58,108 bases of DNA from a virus. Below are positions 44,239 to 53,106 of this stretch, piece after piece. How positions within the stretch are numbered: position 1 is the stretch's first letter; every line of letters starts with the position of its first letter. Both the position numbers and the translations under genes were made by a program. The DNA is taken from positions 1 through 58,108 of the IMG/VR virus record IMGVR_UViG_3300014961_000001; one strand, written 5' to 3'. Below the pieces are notes generated by a model. It was not told the origin of the DNA. It searched no databases and saw only the letters and a list, made by a program, of their open reading frames with translations.

Positions 44239-44285
44239 TTCTCTAAATGCCGTATTTGATGATTAAATGATCATATATGATTTTT

Positions 44286-44837
44286 TCATTCTTTTGGCTC
44301 ATGATCGCCATGGAATCCCTTGTTCTCATACTTATCATGATTGCACTTAAAGCAATGCAGTCGATTAAAGCCTTCTTTGTCACTGACAATTGATTGCCAA
44401 GGCTCACCACAATTGCATGTTCCATGCAGCATTGCTGCCAGCGACTTGCTTTTCCATTCCTTTAGTTCCTTTTTAAGGTCTGCAATCTGATCCTGTTGCT
44501 CGTGCATCTTGCCCAGGTATCGCTGATTTTTGATATTAAGCTCATCAATAATCTCTTGCTTCTTATCCAATAACGTAAAACTTGGTGGTTTGCCTACTGG
44601 TGGCTTCATAAGGCTGCCGCCGTTGTCTGTATACCCCACACTTAATAACTGGGCCTTTAAGACATCAATTTTATCGAGCATTTCGGACTGGGCTTTGGTG
44701 TCGTATGCCACAAGTGCCGTAAGGCCGTCTATCTTCACCTGCTGTTGGTCCCAAGCTGCTTGCCATGCCATAGCAGCGTTATATTGAATACCCTTGCCAG
44801 CTTTCCATTTGCCGAAGGCTTCTTTTGACTCATTCAT
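44286..44837 (-). CDS. Hypothetical early protein (183 aa), coiled coil plus C-terminal Cys/His cluster
   Basis: ORF. The C-terminus CNCGEPW...CFKCNHD suggests a zinc ribbon. Confidence 0.5.
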   Translation of the reverse strand: MNESKEAFGKWKAGKGIQYNAAMAWQAAWDQQQVKIDGLTALVAYDTKAQSEMLDKIDVLKAQLLSVGYTDNGGSLMKPPVGKPPSFTLLDKKQEIIDELNIKNQRYLGKMHEQQDQIADLKKELKEWKSKSLAAMLHGTCNCGEPWQSIVSDKEGFNRLHCFKCNHDKYENKGFHGDHEPKE

Positions 44838-45009
44838 TATAGTGTTCCTGTGGTTTATCTAACCTTGAATCCCTTAATTCTTCAGCATTTGGCACATTGG
44901 CAGTGGTGCATGGTGTAGATATACCCATCGGATACGGTGTGGCGCACCAACTTAAATGGCGGTTGCCATTGGTGTGAACATAGCCCAAGGATCTTGAGGA
45001 TAAAATCAA

Positions 45010-45174
45010 TCACTTCATATTCCCCAGTATGCGTATATCTCTCTCACATACATTTCGCATAGCGTTTACCAGCTCAAGCAATGCAGTACCCGATTTATCT
45101 GGAACAATTTGTTCGGACAGCTCTAATAAATACTCTAAATCGTCTTTTACTATCTGGATCTGGTCCTTAGTCAT
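45010..45174 (-). CDS. Hypothetical 54-aa protein, absent from the ORF track
   Basis: ATGA stop-start overlap with the upstream gene. Sequence: MTKDQIQIVKDDLEYLLELSEQIVPDKSGTALLELVNAMRNVCERDIRILGNMK. Confidence 0.45.
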   Translation of the reverse strand: MTKDQIQIVKDDLEYLLELSEQIVPDKSGTALLELVNAMRNVCERDIRILGNMK

Positions 45175-45485
45175 TGGCTGGCTCCTTTTAAACTTGGCAA
45201 CTCATCTACGAATTCCATAACACACTCAGTATTCCCACCCGCATAGCTAAAATGATCTTTAGTTAATTCACCCTCACCATCTCTTTTTGAAGCTTCAAGC
45301 AAATCGCGTTTTGTACCTTCTGTGAATTCAATAAACCACTCACTTTCACATTCTGCATTACCACGGATCCATTCAATCTTAATAAATGGAATACCTTTTT
45401 TATTTAGAGCGGATTTAATTTTTCTTGTGCTCATCCCTTTTACTCCTGTGCTTCGACCATGGCTTGATAAATGTGCTTGATACAT
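45171..45485 (-). CDS. Hypothetical early protein (104 aa)
   Basis: ORF in the leftward early operon. Confidence 0.5.
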   Translation of the reverse strand: MYQAHLSSHGRSTGVKGMSTRKIKSALNKKGIPFIKIEWIRGNAECESEWFIEFTEGTKRDLLEASKRDGEGELTKDHFSYAGGNTECVMEFVDELPSLKGASQ

Positions 45486-45808
45486 TCATCGTTACTTAAA
45501 CCCATTTCATAAGCCCCGATTAGTGTTTCGTGTCCTATCTTTAGCATTTCAGCTGTCGGCTCTTTCGGCACCAAAACAAAACCTTCCGGCACCGCTTGGG
45601 CTTTGGCTTGAGCCAGCGCTTCACCCTGATTCAAAAGCATCTCATCAAGGGTATTTACCTGAGCTTTCATTTGCTCGATCTTGCTAAACATGCGCTCAAC
45701 AATTTCAGTAAATGTGCAGCCTTCCATATTGTGATCTGCACCAAATTTACAGAGCTTGTGAATCGTTTTTAAGCCTTCGATTTCTATCTTTTCTGGATTT
45801 TCCATCAC
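45440..45808 (-). CDS. Hypothetical early protein (122 aa), Ead/Ea22-like C-terminus
   Basis: The VPEGFVLVPKEPTAEMLKIG motif is typical of Ead/Ea22-type phage proteins, recalled from memory. Confidence 0.45.
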   Translation of the reverse strand: MMENPEKIEIEGLKTIHKLCKFGADHNMEGCTFTEIVERMFSKIEQMKAQVNTLDEMLLNQGEALAQAKAQAVPEGFVLVPKEPTAEMLKIGHETLIGAYEMGLSNDECIKHIYQAMVEAQE

Positions 45809-46023
45809 GCCACCTCATATCTATGCGCTACGTCATAACAACGCTGAATCTGCGGTTTAAACCGTTCCTTGTAGCAAGCCTTGCAGTTGGCATCTAAACA
45901 AGGCGAACCATCTTTTTTCTTGCGACCAGTGCCAAAGAAAAATTGCTTTGTTGCAGGGTAGTAGTCACCGCAGGTAATGCACTGCTTTTCAGTACCAAGC
46001 TCTGTTTCGATGTACTTAGCCAT
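45805..46023 (-). CDS. Small zinc-ribbon protein (72 aa from ATG 46023)
   Basis: CITCGDYY ... CKACY cysteine pairs. The ATG overlaps the upstream stop (ATGA). Confidence 0.5.
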   Translation of the reverse strand: MAKYIETELGTEKQCITCGDYYPATKQFFFGTGRKKKDGSPCLDANCKACYKERFKPQIQRCYDVAHRYEVA

Positions 46024-46190
46024 CACGCCACCTTTACCAAATTAACCTGACGATGCACTTCTATAAATTTAGACATCATCGAATTGTCCGGATCATTCAC
46101 AAAAGATTTGCCGTATTTGAGCCGCTGTAGGCTGAACAATTTGAATCGTTCAATTTCGGCAATCAAGGCTTCTTTATTCTGAGTGTTCAT
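46023..46190 (-). CDS. Hypothetical 55-aa protein, absent from the ORF track
   Basis: MNTQNKEALIAEIERFKLFSLQRLKYGKSFVNDPDNSMMSKFIEVHRQVNLVKVA. It fills the 46027-46173 gap and has overlapping stop and start codons at both ends. Confidence 0.45.
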   Translation of the reverse strand: MNTQNKEALIAEIERFKLFSLQRLKYGKSFVNDPDNSMMSKFIEVHRQVNLVKVA

Positions 46191-46473
46191 ATGATTCCTG
46201 TAATGCTGGTATATCTATTAATTCAACGGCGTAGCCTATCCCTTTATAGAAATTAGCTACACGCGACCAGTGGTATTCATTCGCGCTTTCCCAACGTAAT
46301 GGCCGTCCGTTGTTGTGGTTGGTGTAGGTTAGGCAGAAATATCTGTCCTCTTTATTTCCCTTCTTGTAATAATTGCGAAGCTCACCGTTTAGAATGAAGG
46401 CAACTTCTGCGCCGATCTTCTGACCGAAGCGAATAGTCTTGCCTAGATCATAGGTCATCAAATAAGCTCTCAT
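46174..46473 (-). CDS. Hypothetical early protein (99 aa)
   Basis: ORF in the early operon. Confidence 0.5.
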   Translation of the reverse strand: MRAYLMTYDLGKTIRFGQKIGAEVAFILNGELRNYYKKGNKEDRYFCLTYTNHNNGRPLRWESANEYHWSRVANFYKGIGYAVELIDIPALQESYEHSE

Positions 46474-47053
46474 TTTCTTCGCGTCTGTACTGAATCGCGT
46501 GTCTTTTTACCTTCTGTAGTGCGCTTTCTAGGTCTATTTGGATTTGTGCTAGGGTAGACGTTAAAAGCTGATCATAGTGTCCGCAAGATTGGTGATACCA
46601 CTTACGGTCCAAGTCTTTACGCAATGGGAATCCATACTTCACTTTTTCAGCCCAGGTCTGTGCTGGTGCTGCCCTCCCGGTTCCATTACACACGGTACAC
46701 TTCACGCCTGATATTTTCCCTAGTGCCTGGCATGACTTGCACTTTCCTCTTGGATGAAAGTGAGCATTTAAAACAGCCTTGGTTACACCATAAGCAAAGT
46801 CTAAAGACTCTACTTTTTTTGATTTAAATTTACGCTGGCGCATTTCCTGCAATACCAGTGATTTAAAATAATGATGCAGTAATTCCATGTTGTAAGCACG
46901 GCGCTGTTCAATCATTGCGTATATGTACCAGCTATGTTGATCCGGCAATGAGGCCAGTACGCCACATAGATCTGTCACATCAAGCAACGGCGCATTGCCG
47001 CTGCTTTTGAATGAAGCTGTCTTAGCATTTAGCCTTGCAAACTGCTCTAACAC
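46448..47053 (-). CDS. Zinc-finger regulatory protein, possibly a Q-type antiterminator (201 aa)
   Basis: The CKSCQALGKISGVKCTVCNGTGR double CxxC motif resembles the phage 82-type Q family. The late operon contains several internal intrinsic terminators. However, the gene is not adjacent to the late genes. Confidence 0.35.
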   Translation of the reverse strand: MLEQFARLNAKTASFKSSGNAPLLDVTDLCGVLASLPDQHSWYIYAMIEQRRAYNMELLHHYFKSLVLQEMRQRKFKSKKVESLDFAYGVTKAVLNAHFHPRGKCKSCQALGKISGVKCTVCNGTGRAAPAQTWAEKVKYGFPLRKDLDRKWYHQSCGHYDQLLTSTLAQIQIDLESALQKVKRHAIQYRREENESLFDDL

Positions 47054-47614
47054 TTAATTAACTCCGTACGCTGGTCTATGCTTCTGTGCTTCCATGATTG
47101 CGTCAGGTACGCTGCTATCTATCTCAATGGGTTCTGGAACCAATCCGCTATCTTTACGCGCATTAAAAGCCACAATAAACATTTCAATCATGTGTAGTGC
47201 TGCGCCTTGGTTTACTTGTTCTGTGGTGAATGCCAGACGTGAAAAGCCAAGGATCTGAGCCATGTTGTACTTTTCTAGGTCTGCTGAATAACCCTTATGT
47301 GTTGTGTGTCGGCTTTTTCCCTTGGTTCCGCCTTCTACTTCGACCAGTAAGTGATATTCAGGCAGGTAGAAATCCGCCCGGTGCTTTGTCATTGGGTTGA
47401 ATTGAAACTCACGCTTAAATTTAATTTGGTTTACCTGTAGGTGGCGTGCAAGCGTTTCTTCCCCAATACTTCCTAATTGAGATAGTTTTGCTCTTAGTGT
47501 GGTATTTGATTTCTTAACCAACTTCTTCGCTTCTGTTGCGGTCATACGTGTCATTTTGATATTCCTATGTGTTGTGTGTGGTGGATCAGCTTGCCGACTG
47601 ATTAACGCGCTCAC
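47054..47614 (-). CDS. PD-(D/E)xK endonuclease, Vsr/DUF559-like (186 aa; an alternative start at 47554 is likely)
   Basis: RADFYLPEYHLLVEVEGG...H...D..KYN pattern. Confidence 0.45.
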   Translation of the reverse strand: MSALISRQADPPHTTHRNIKMTRMTATEAKKLVKKSNTTLRAKLSQLGSIGEETLARHLQVNQIKFKREFQFNPMTKHRADFYLPEYHLLVEVEGGTKGKSRHTTHKGYSADLEKYNMAQILGFSRLAFTTEQVNQGAALHMIEMFIVAFNARKDSGLVPEPIEIDSSVPDAIMEAQKHRPAYGVN

Positions 47615-48167
47615 GAAACGCTAAGTAGTTTTTTAAGAAAGTGCGTATGTCATCTGCACGCTCTTGGTTTTCTTGTCTGCCGATCTTGCAAAGCAAGCAA
47701 TACTTTTGATAATGGTAGTGATCTCGCCCCTCTCCATTCTTCGGTGTTCCTATGGATGTTCGGTACATAGCAGTCCCGTGCTGGGGACAATCCATAACCA
47801 TGTATAACTTGCCCTCATTAAAAGCACGTCTGGTTGTAGCCCCTTTGGTTGGTAAATTTAAATCCGGGTCTAAGACTTCGAGCAAAATATCCTGCCCTAG
47901 ATAATCTACTTTCGAAAAAACACGTTTAGGCTTGTTTGTATCTCGATTTATAGCTGCATCAGCATCAGGCTTTTTAATTAAAAACGCTCTTAAGTCCTGA
48001 TTATCCACGTTCTTGCAAAATACCTTTTCCATGCGCTTAACCAGCGCTGTCTTTTCGTTCTGTAGTAATGCCAGATATGATGTATTTGCAGCATAACGAC
48101 TTACATCATTTCCTGTTGCTATGCGGTATTCCTGCACCATTTTAAAAAAGCCCATGCGACTAATCAT
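47586..48167 (-). CDS. Hypothetical early protein (193 aa)
   Basis: ORF. Cys/His residues CPQHG...YCLLCK may bind zinc. Confidence 0.5.
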   Translation of the reverse strand: MISRMGFFKMVQEYRIATGNDVSRYAANTSYLALLQNEKTALVKRMEKVFCKNVDNQDLRAFLIKKPDADAAINRDTNKPKRVFSKVDYLGQDILLEVLDPDLNLPTKGATTRRAFNEGKLYMVMDCPQHGTAMYRTSIGTPKNGEGRDHYHYQKYCLLCKIGRQENQERADDIRTFLKNYLAFRERVNQSAS

Positions 48168-48853
48168 GCTGCTAACCCATTTTCTGCAAGCAGCTTGGCG
48201 CGTTTCTCTTTCATACGCTTAAAGATGCCTTCACAAATCTGGGACCTGAACTCTGTTTCACAACTCAACGTAGCTTTTGAATCAAAGACTTCATAATCAT
48301 GGCTATACTGCTCGTCCAGGTGCGCCGCCCATTCCTCTGTAAGCCCTCTCCATTGGGTTTTAATACCACCTTGGCGCTTATGGTAGAACTTGCCGTACTT
48401 CAGGCCAGACATAAAAACGGCGAAAGGAATTGGCTGATCTTTAAAATGCTCACGGTACGGCTTCACGGGGACCACGACACTATGATCATCAACCAATCTG
48501 GCCTTACATGTAATTTCAATCTTGAAGTTTTGCGGCTCCGGGATCAGGTTTTCACGCAATGCAATGATTAGATCCCCTTTGTACGCTCCTTGTAGTACGT
48601 GTAACGGCATCTTACCTCTGTTGTTTTCATCAATCCCATTGAAGGCGCAATACAGGTTTAATGTGGTTTCTGCGTCTTTTAGGTCCCACTTCATATCCAA
48701 ATGATATTTTTTAGGCTGTGGTAGTGATGAAAGATGCTTGGCCATACCGTCAAAGCCGACCAGTGCTGCATATTCAGGTGAGTTGTGAACAAAGCCGACA
48801 TTTTTAGGCTTGTATGCCTTTTTACGGTTTTTAGGTTTTTGCTTAATAGCCAC
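48164..48853 (-). CDS. Hypothetical early protein (229 aa)
   Basis: ORF with a 4-nt overlap with the downstream gene. Confidence 0.5.
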   Translation of the reverse strand: MAIKQKPKNRKKAYKPKNVGFVHNSPEYAALVGFDGMAKHLSSLPQPKKYHLDMKWDLKDAETTLNLYCAFNGIDENNRGKMPLHVLQGAYKGDLIIALRENLIPEPQNFKIEITCKARLVDDHSVVVPVKPYREHFKDQPIPFAVFMSGLKYGKFYHKRQGGIKTQWRGLTEEWAAHLDEQYSHDYEVFDSKATLSCETEFRSQICEGIFKRMKEKRAKLLAENGLAA

Positions 48854-49317
48854 TAGAGATATTCCTCGTATTGTCTATATGTCCACTTCAACAACCATGC
48901 AGCTTGAATGCGCTGCAACGGCGTTAACCATTGGTTGTTGGTGACAATGCCGTTTTGATTTAAAAGATTTATGCCGCCCTGGTGTTTGATGTGCTGAATT
49001 GAGATTTCGTCAATTCCTGACGGCACAAGCTCACTTGCACAACCCATACAGGGTGCATAAGTGACAACTGCCTGTGAATCTGGGAACCATTCATCGCAAA
49101 TTACAGTTTCAGCATGAATAACGTGCGGATCATGAATACCAGCAACACATTGGCAAGGCTTATCGTCTGCATGTTGGTTTACACCTACGGCCAAAATGGT
49201 TTTATCTCTAAATACAACAAAACCCACCTGACGCTTTTTGCAGTTACTACGCTTTGCGACCCTTTCAGCAATCAGCATTGCGATATGCTTCATTTCAATC
49301 ATTGAATGACCACTCAC
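48853..49317 (-). CDS. dCMP/cytidine deaminase family protein (154 aa)
   Basis: Zinc-binding motifs HAETVIC and PCMGCASEL. Confidence 0.75.
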   Translation of the reverse strand: MSGHSMIEMKHIAMLIAERVAKRSNCKKRQVGFVVFRDKTILAVGVNQHADDKPCQCVAGIHDPHVIHAETVICDEWFPDSQAVVTYAPCMGCASELVPSGIDEISIQHIKHQGGINLLNQNGIVTNNQWLTPLQRIQAAWLLKWTYRQYEEYL

Positions 49318-49618
49318 GCGAACGGAAATAGATCCAAAGCGTTTCTATTTCCTCATCACTGGCACAGCTAACTGTTCGCTGAATTGCTTTTAGGCGTGCT
49401 GTAGATATGCCGGTGTTTTTTGAGTGAAAAGGGTGATGCACAGAAAAGAAAAGGTGTGTTTTGATCAGCTTTTCCTTGCTTTTGCGCTTTTCCTCAGACG
49501 GGACTTCCTTAATCTTGCCGCCAGCCTTTAAAAACTTCTCTAAGTCAGTTTCTAGGCTTTCACGAAATATTTGCTTTTTTGCTGGGATGGTAATCATGAA
49601 TAAGGGTTCACACTTCAT
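49295..49618 (-). CDS. First gene of the leftward early operon (107 aa from ATG 49618), possible Cro-like or regulatory role
   Basis: It is divergent from the repressor gene. The codon at 49622-49624 is TGT on my reading, so the track start looks unsupported. No clear Shine-Dalgarno or HTH was seen. Confidence 0.45.
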   Translation of the reverse strand: MKCEPLFMITIPAKKQIFRESLETDLEKFLKAGGKIKEVPSEEKRKSKEKLIKTHLFFSVHHPFHSKNTGISTARLKAIQRTVSCASDEEIETLWIYFRSREWSFND

Positions 49619-49628
49619 AAACAAAAAT

Positions 49629-49648
49629 GTGGCATAAGGTTATGCCAC
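49629..49648. promoter_or_regulatory. Inverted repeat gtggcataa-gg-ttatgccac in the immunity switch region (operator or leader hairpin)
   Basis: Arms of 9 bp. On the minus strand it is followed by atttttgtttt and then the early-gene ATG. Confidence 0.5.
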
Positions 49649-49698
49649 CAGCTTAGAATATTACTATATTTATACTTTATCAATAATAATATTTATAT

Positions 49699-49727
49699 TT
49701 GTGAATACATAAGCCCTATCTATAAAA
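49699..49727 (+). promoter_or_regulatory. Candidate repressor promoter TTGTGA-16-TATAAA
   Basis: The -35 is at 49699-49704 and the -10 at 49721-49726. The predicted start near 49733-49736 would give a roughly 22-nt leader. Confidence 0.35.
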
Positions 49728-49756
49728 TAGAGCTGCGATAATAGGAGTGACCATTA

Positions 49757-50482
49757 ATGATTGATAGATCCATGCGCGAAGCCGTAAAGCAGAGCGAAGC
49801 AGAGAAACTAAGAGAACTTTACGAACTGAAAAAAAGCGCGGACAAGCAAAAGGGTCTAACTTTCACTCAAAGAACCATTGCGGATCTAGGTGATTGGACG
49901 CAGCCAAACGTGTCTAGCTACTTGAAGGGTGTTGTAGAATTGAAAGAAGAATCAGCTTTGATTTTTTCTAAAGCCTTAGAAGTTCCTGTTTCCGCTTTCT
50001 CCCCACGGTTAGCTGAAAAAATCTCACAGCGCGAAATGCTGGCACGTAATCCATTGTTGAGTAAAGTCACTGTGTCTTATGTACCTAAGCTAAATGCGGA
50101 AGTCCTAAACAAGATTAGACATAATCTAAGAGATCAGAGCTTTATAATGCCCAATTCTTCCGAAACGACCCCTATTTGCAAAGAATTATCCCAAACCGCA
50201 TTCTCTTTTGAGCTGGAGGACAACTCCTTAGAGAAATACGCACCAGGCACAATCTTTGTTGTAGACCCAATGGTCGAGCCTTCACCTACCGACCTAGTGT
50301 TTGTTGGGAATAAAAATAAAGATAGCGATTTTCATGTCCGTGAATATTGCGTGAAAGATGTTTCAGAAGACGGCGTAGAGTCTTATGAATTAAAGGCAAG
50401 CAACCCAGCCTACCCAACACTAAAAGAAAACTATGAAGTGCTGGGTGTGGTGGTCGCTGCTGTGAACATGCTTAAACCATAA
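49757..50482 (+). CDS. CI-like repressor (241 aa): N-terminal HTH and C-terminal S24/LexA-like domain
   Basis: AGGAG Shine-Dalgarno. HTH segment FTQRTIADLGDWTQPNVSSYLKG. The C-terminal DNSLEKYAPGTIFVVD ... YELKASNP resembles the Ser/Lys dyad context. It is divergent from the early operon. Confidence 0.7.
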   Translation: MIDRSMREAVKQSEAEKLRELYELKKSADKQKGLTFTQRTIADLGDWTQPNVSSYLKGVVELKEESALIFSKALEVPVSAFSPRLAEKISQREMLARNPLLSKVTVSYVPKLNAEVLNKIRHNLRDQSFIMPNSSETTPICKELSQTAFSFELEDNSLEKYAPGTIFVVDPMVEPSPTDLVFVGNKNKDSDFHVREYCVKDVSEDGVESYELKASNPAYPTLKENYEVLGVVVAAVNMLKP

Positions 50483-50510
50483 AAATAAATAAACACACCC
50501 CAAATATCAG

Positions 50511-50537
50511 GCCCGACTCTTAAAGTCGGGCTTTTTA
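50511..50537 (+). terminator. Intrinsic terminator after the repressor gene
   Basis: gcccgact-cttaa-agtcgggc followed by ttttt. Confidence 0.8.
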
Positions 50538-50795
50538 TTGGCTTAATAAAAGTTATTTAAAAATATTTTTATTTTTATTTATGTTTTTTACATAAGCCAT
50601 ATCAGAATAAATTCTAAATACCAACATAATTATAAATAAATATAAGAAAACTGTTGCATTTTATAAACGTATTTATATATTATTGGGAGGTAATAAAAAA
50701 GCCAGTGCCACACATAGCAACACTGACTTAGTTTGAACGGTTGGCCGGCAAGCCTTCACGTTCTGTTTGATCCACACACATAGGATACAAAACTC

Positions 50796-50972
50796 ATGAA
50801 GTATATCACTTTCCGCAATGTGATTGCATATCTCGTTTCTATGGTCATCTCGACCATTGCCATGCTTGGCCTTCTTCGCGTCCACGATTATGAACAAGAA
50901 CACCATGAACAATATGTTCATGCGGTAGCTCATGCTGCTGATCGTTCTGGCTCTAAATTCGATAAACAATAA
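50796..50972 (+). CDS. Small membrane-anchored protein (58 aa), absent from the ORF track
   Basis: MKYITFRNVIAYLVSMVISTIAMLGLLRVHDYEQEHHEQYVHAVAHAADRSGSKFDKQ. It is co-directional with, and 15 nt upstream of, the Sak4-like gene. Confidence 0.4.
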   Translation: MKYITFRNVIAYLVSMVISTIAMLGLLRVHDYEQEHHEQYVHAVAHAADRSGSKFDKQ

Positions 50973-50986
50973 GAAGGGGAAGCATC

Positions 50987-51925
50987 ATGGCTCTATCTGT
51001 AATTAAACCAACTGAATCTATCCAGATCAATGCGATCAAGCTGTATGTCTACGGCGATCCTTCAATTGGTAAAACATCCCTAGCAATGACTTGCCCCAAT
51101 GCCCTTCTTATTGACGCTGATATTGGTGTATATCGCGCCGGATCTTTGCGCCGTTCAGACGTACAACTGGCTGAATACTGGCATCAAGTAAGTTCACTGG
51201 AAGAAGCTGATCTGGTTCCGTATGACACCATCATTATTGATACGGTTGGTCGCTTGCTCGATGTAATTAAAAACCATGTTGCAAGTAACCAGTACAACGT
51301 GAAGTCTGACGGCGGCCTAAAACAAAATGCTTTTGGTATCGCTAACAACCTTTTCGGCGGTTTTGTGAATCGCATGATTGGCTACGGCAAGAATGTCGTA
51401 TTTCTGGCCCATGCTGTTGAGGACAAAGACGGTGATGAAGTTATTAAGCGTCCAGATCTAGGCGGTAAAAACCGTCAGGAAGTTTATCGCCTATCTGACT
51501 GTATGGCTTACTTCTGCATTGAAAAGGGCAAAAACGGTAAAAACAGAAAGGTTCTTAAATTTGGCAAGGATGAAGCGCTACACACTAAAGATTGTGCGAA
51601 CCTTGGAACAATCGAAGTTCCAGATATAACCAATCAGCCGACCTATCTAGGCGATTTGATTACCCATATCAAGGAACATTTAAACACGCTCACACCTGAG
51701 CAAAAGCTATATGCAGAACGAGAGCAAGCATGGATTCACTGGCAAACGATTTGCAATGACGCGAAGTATGCCAGCGACTTTAACAACCTTATGGAAGAAC
51801 TCGCTCTACAGGTTGAGCATCCTCAATATCAAAATATGTGGCGTGGTATGAAACATTGCGCGTCACAACTAAACATCATCTACGACCCAGATAACAAACG
51901 CTGGAAAGAAACGGACGCTGCATAA
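50987..51925 (+). CDS. Sak4-like / AAA_24 RecA-fold ATPase (312 aa), recombination accessory
   Basis: Walker A YGDPSIGKTSLA, Walker B TIIIDTVG, and the typical phage pairing with an exonuclease. Confidence 0.7.
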   Translation: MALSVIKPTESIQINAIKLYVYGDPSIGKTSLAMTCPNALLIDADIGVYRAGSLRRSDVQLAEYWHQVSSLEEADLVPYDTIIIDTVGRLLDVIKNHVASNQYNVKSDGGLKQNAFGIANNLFGGFVNRMIGYGKNVVFLAHAVEDKDGDEVIKRPDLGGKNRQEVYRLSDCMAYFCIEKGKNGKNRKVLKFGKDEALHTKDCANLGTIEVPDITNQPTYLGDLITHIKEHLNTLTPEQKLYAEREQAWIHWQTICNDAKYASDFNNLMEELALQVEHPQYQNMWRGMKHCASQLNIIYDPDNKRWKETDAA

Positions 51926-52620
51926 TGAACACTCAAGCCATTATTTTAGACACGGAAACAAGCAGTCTTAACGGTCTGCCAATTCAAATCGCTTACCTTC
52001 CTTGCTCTTTTGAGCAGGGAGGGTTTGCCCTGGACAAGTCTGCTTTGTTTGATGAGTTGTTCAGTGTGGACCAGCCGATTGACTACGGCGCTATGGCGGT
52101 ACACCACATCATTGAAGCGGATCTGATCGGCAAGCCTTCATATAAAACCTTTAAAATGCCAAGCGATACGGTTTATATCATCGGTCATAAGGTTGATTAC
52201 GACCTGGAGGCATTAAAGCGTTGCGGTATTGATATAGAACGGTATAAGCCAATTTGCACGCTTGCCCTAGCGCGTATGGTATTCCTGGATGCACCAAATC
52301 ATACGATTAGCACTTTGTCTTACATGCTATCCAGCGATCAAAACAAAACACGTGGGTATTTAAAAAACGCACATAACGCTAAAGCAGATATTTTGCTCAC
52401 CAGCTTTATCCTGAAGCACATCATTCATGCGCTAAAAATTCAAAGCCTGGAAGAACTCTACCAAGCATCTGAGAAGGCGATTATTCCTACTTTCATGTCG
52501 TTTGGAAAATACAAAGGCACGGCGCTGGTAAATCTGCCTTCTGATTATGTTCGCTGGCTACTTAATCAGGACAACTTAGACAAAAATTTGCGTAAAGCAC
52601 TCATGAATCGCAAGGGGTAA
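51925..52620 (+). CDS. DnaQ-like 3'-5' exonuclease with C-terminal DUF3820-like tail (231 aa)
   Basis: Exo I IILDTETS, Exo II GHKVDYD, Exo III HNAKADI. The C-terminus is KYKGTALVNLPSDYVRWLL. Confidence 0.75.
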   Translation: MNTQAIILDTETSSLNGLPIQIAYLPCSFEQGGFALDKSALFDELFSVDQPIDYGAMAVHHIIEADLIGKPSYKTFKMPSDTVYIIGHKVDYDLEALKRCGIDIERYKPICTLALARMVFLDAPNHTISTLSYMLSSDQNKTRGYLKNAHNAKADILLTSFILKHIIHALKIQSLEELYQASEKAIIPTFMSFGKYKGTALVNLPSDYVRWLLNQDNLDKNLRKALMNRKG

Positions 52621-52624
52621 TCAC

Positions 52625-52822
52625 ATGCAGCAATCTTATATTTTCATCTATGAAGCAAAAGTACATTCAAACGGCACAATCAAGGGCCGTGTTGAAGCAA
52701 CCAGTAGTTATGACGCACAGCAAAAAGTTACACGCAATAACCTACTGGTTAAATCAGTAACCGCTAAGGTCCATAAAAACCAGACTTTGGCCCGTAAAGA
52801 AAAATTTGAGGTTCTACAATGA
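52625..52822 (+). CDS. Hypothetical protein (65 aa)
   Basis: ORF in the rightward operon. Confidence 0.45.
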   Translation: MQQSYIFIYEAKVHSNGTIKGRVEATSSYDAQQKVTRNNLLVKSVTAKVHKNQTLARKEKFEVLQ

Positions 52823-53106
52823 AGGGCAATCTAAAGCCACGGACTATGGCGGATCTAACCAAGGCTAAAAAGGACCTAATTAAGCGACGTTCCAACAATC
52901 CATTGCTGGATGCAGCCATTAATGCCCAGCTTGAGCGTGTAGAGCAACAAATAGCGTCCAGGGTGAACCGTTCTGACCAAAACTATTTCCGCACCTTCTA
53001 CAAGCAAGCCAAGGAGGATTTACCGGAAGATGTTTTCAATAAACTCGAAGGCGTGGCAAGTACCCGACAACACTTCCACCAATCCAGCCATACGCGAAGC
53101 AATTAG
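52819..53106 (+). CDS. Hypothetical protein (95 aa)
   Basis: ORF with a 4-nt overlap with the upstream gene. Confidence 0.45.
   Translation: MKGNLKPRTMADLTKAKKDLIKRRSNNPLLDAAINAQLERVEQQIASRVNRSDQNYFRTFYKQAKEDLPEDVFNKLEGVASTRQHFHQSSHTRSN

Noticed and set aside
46448-47053. The double CxxCxGxG motif as a DnaJ-type chaperone
   Set aside because: There is no J-domain or G/F region. Its size and its context among early regulatory genes fit a zinc-finger regulator better. The Q-type assignment itself remains low confidence.
50673-50969. Minus-strand 98-aa ORF upstream of the Sak4-like gene
   Set aside because: It runs antisense to the operon direction and has no RBS or partner genes. A co-directional 58-aa plus-strand ORF (50796-50972) occupies the same DNA and fits the operon better.
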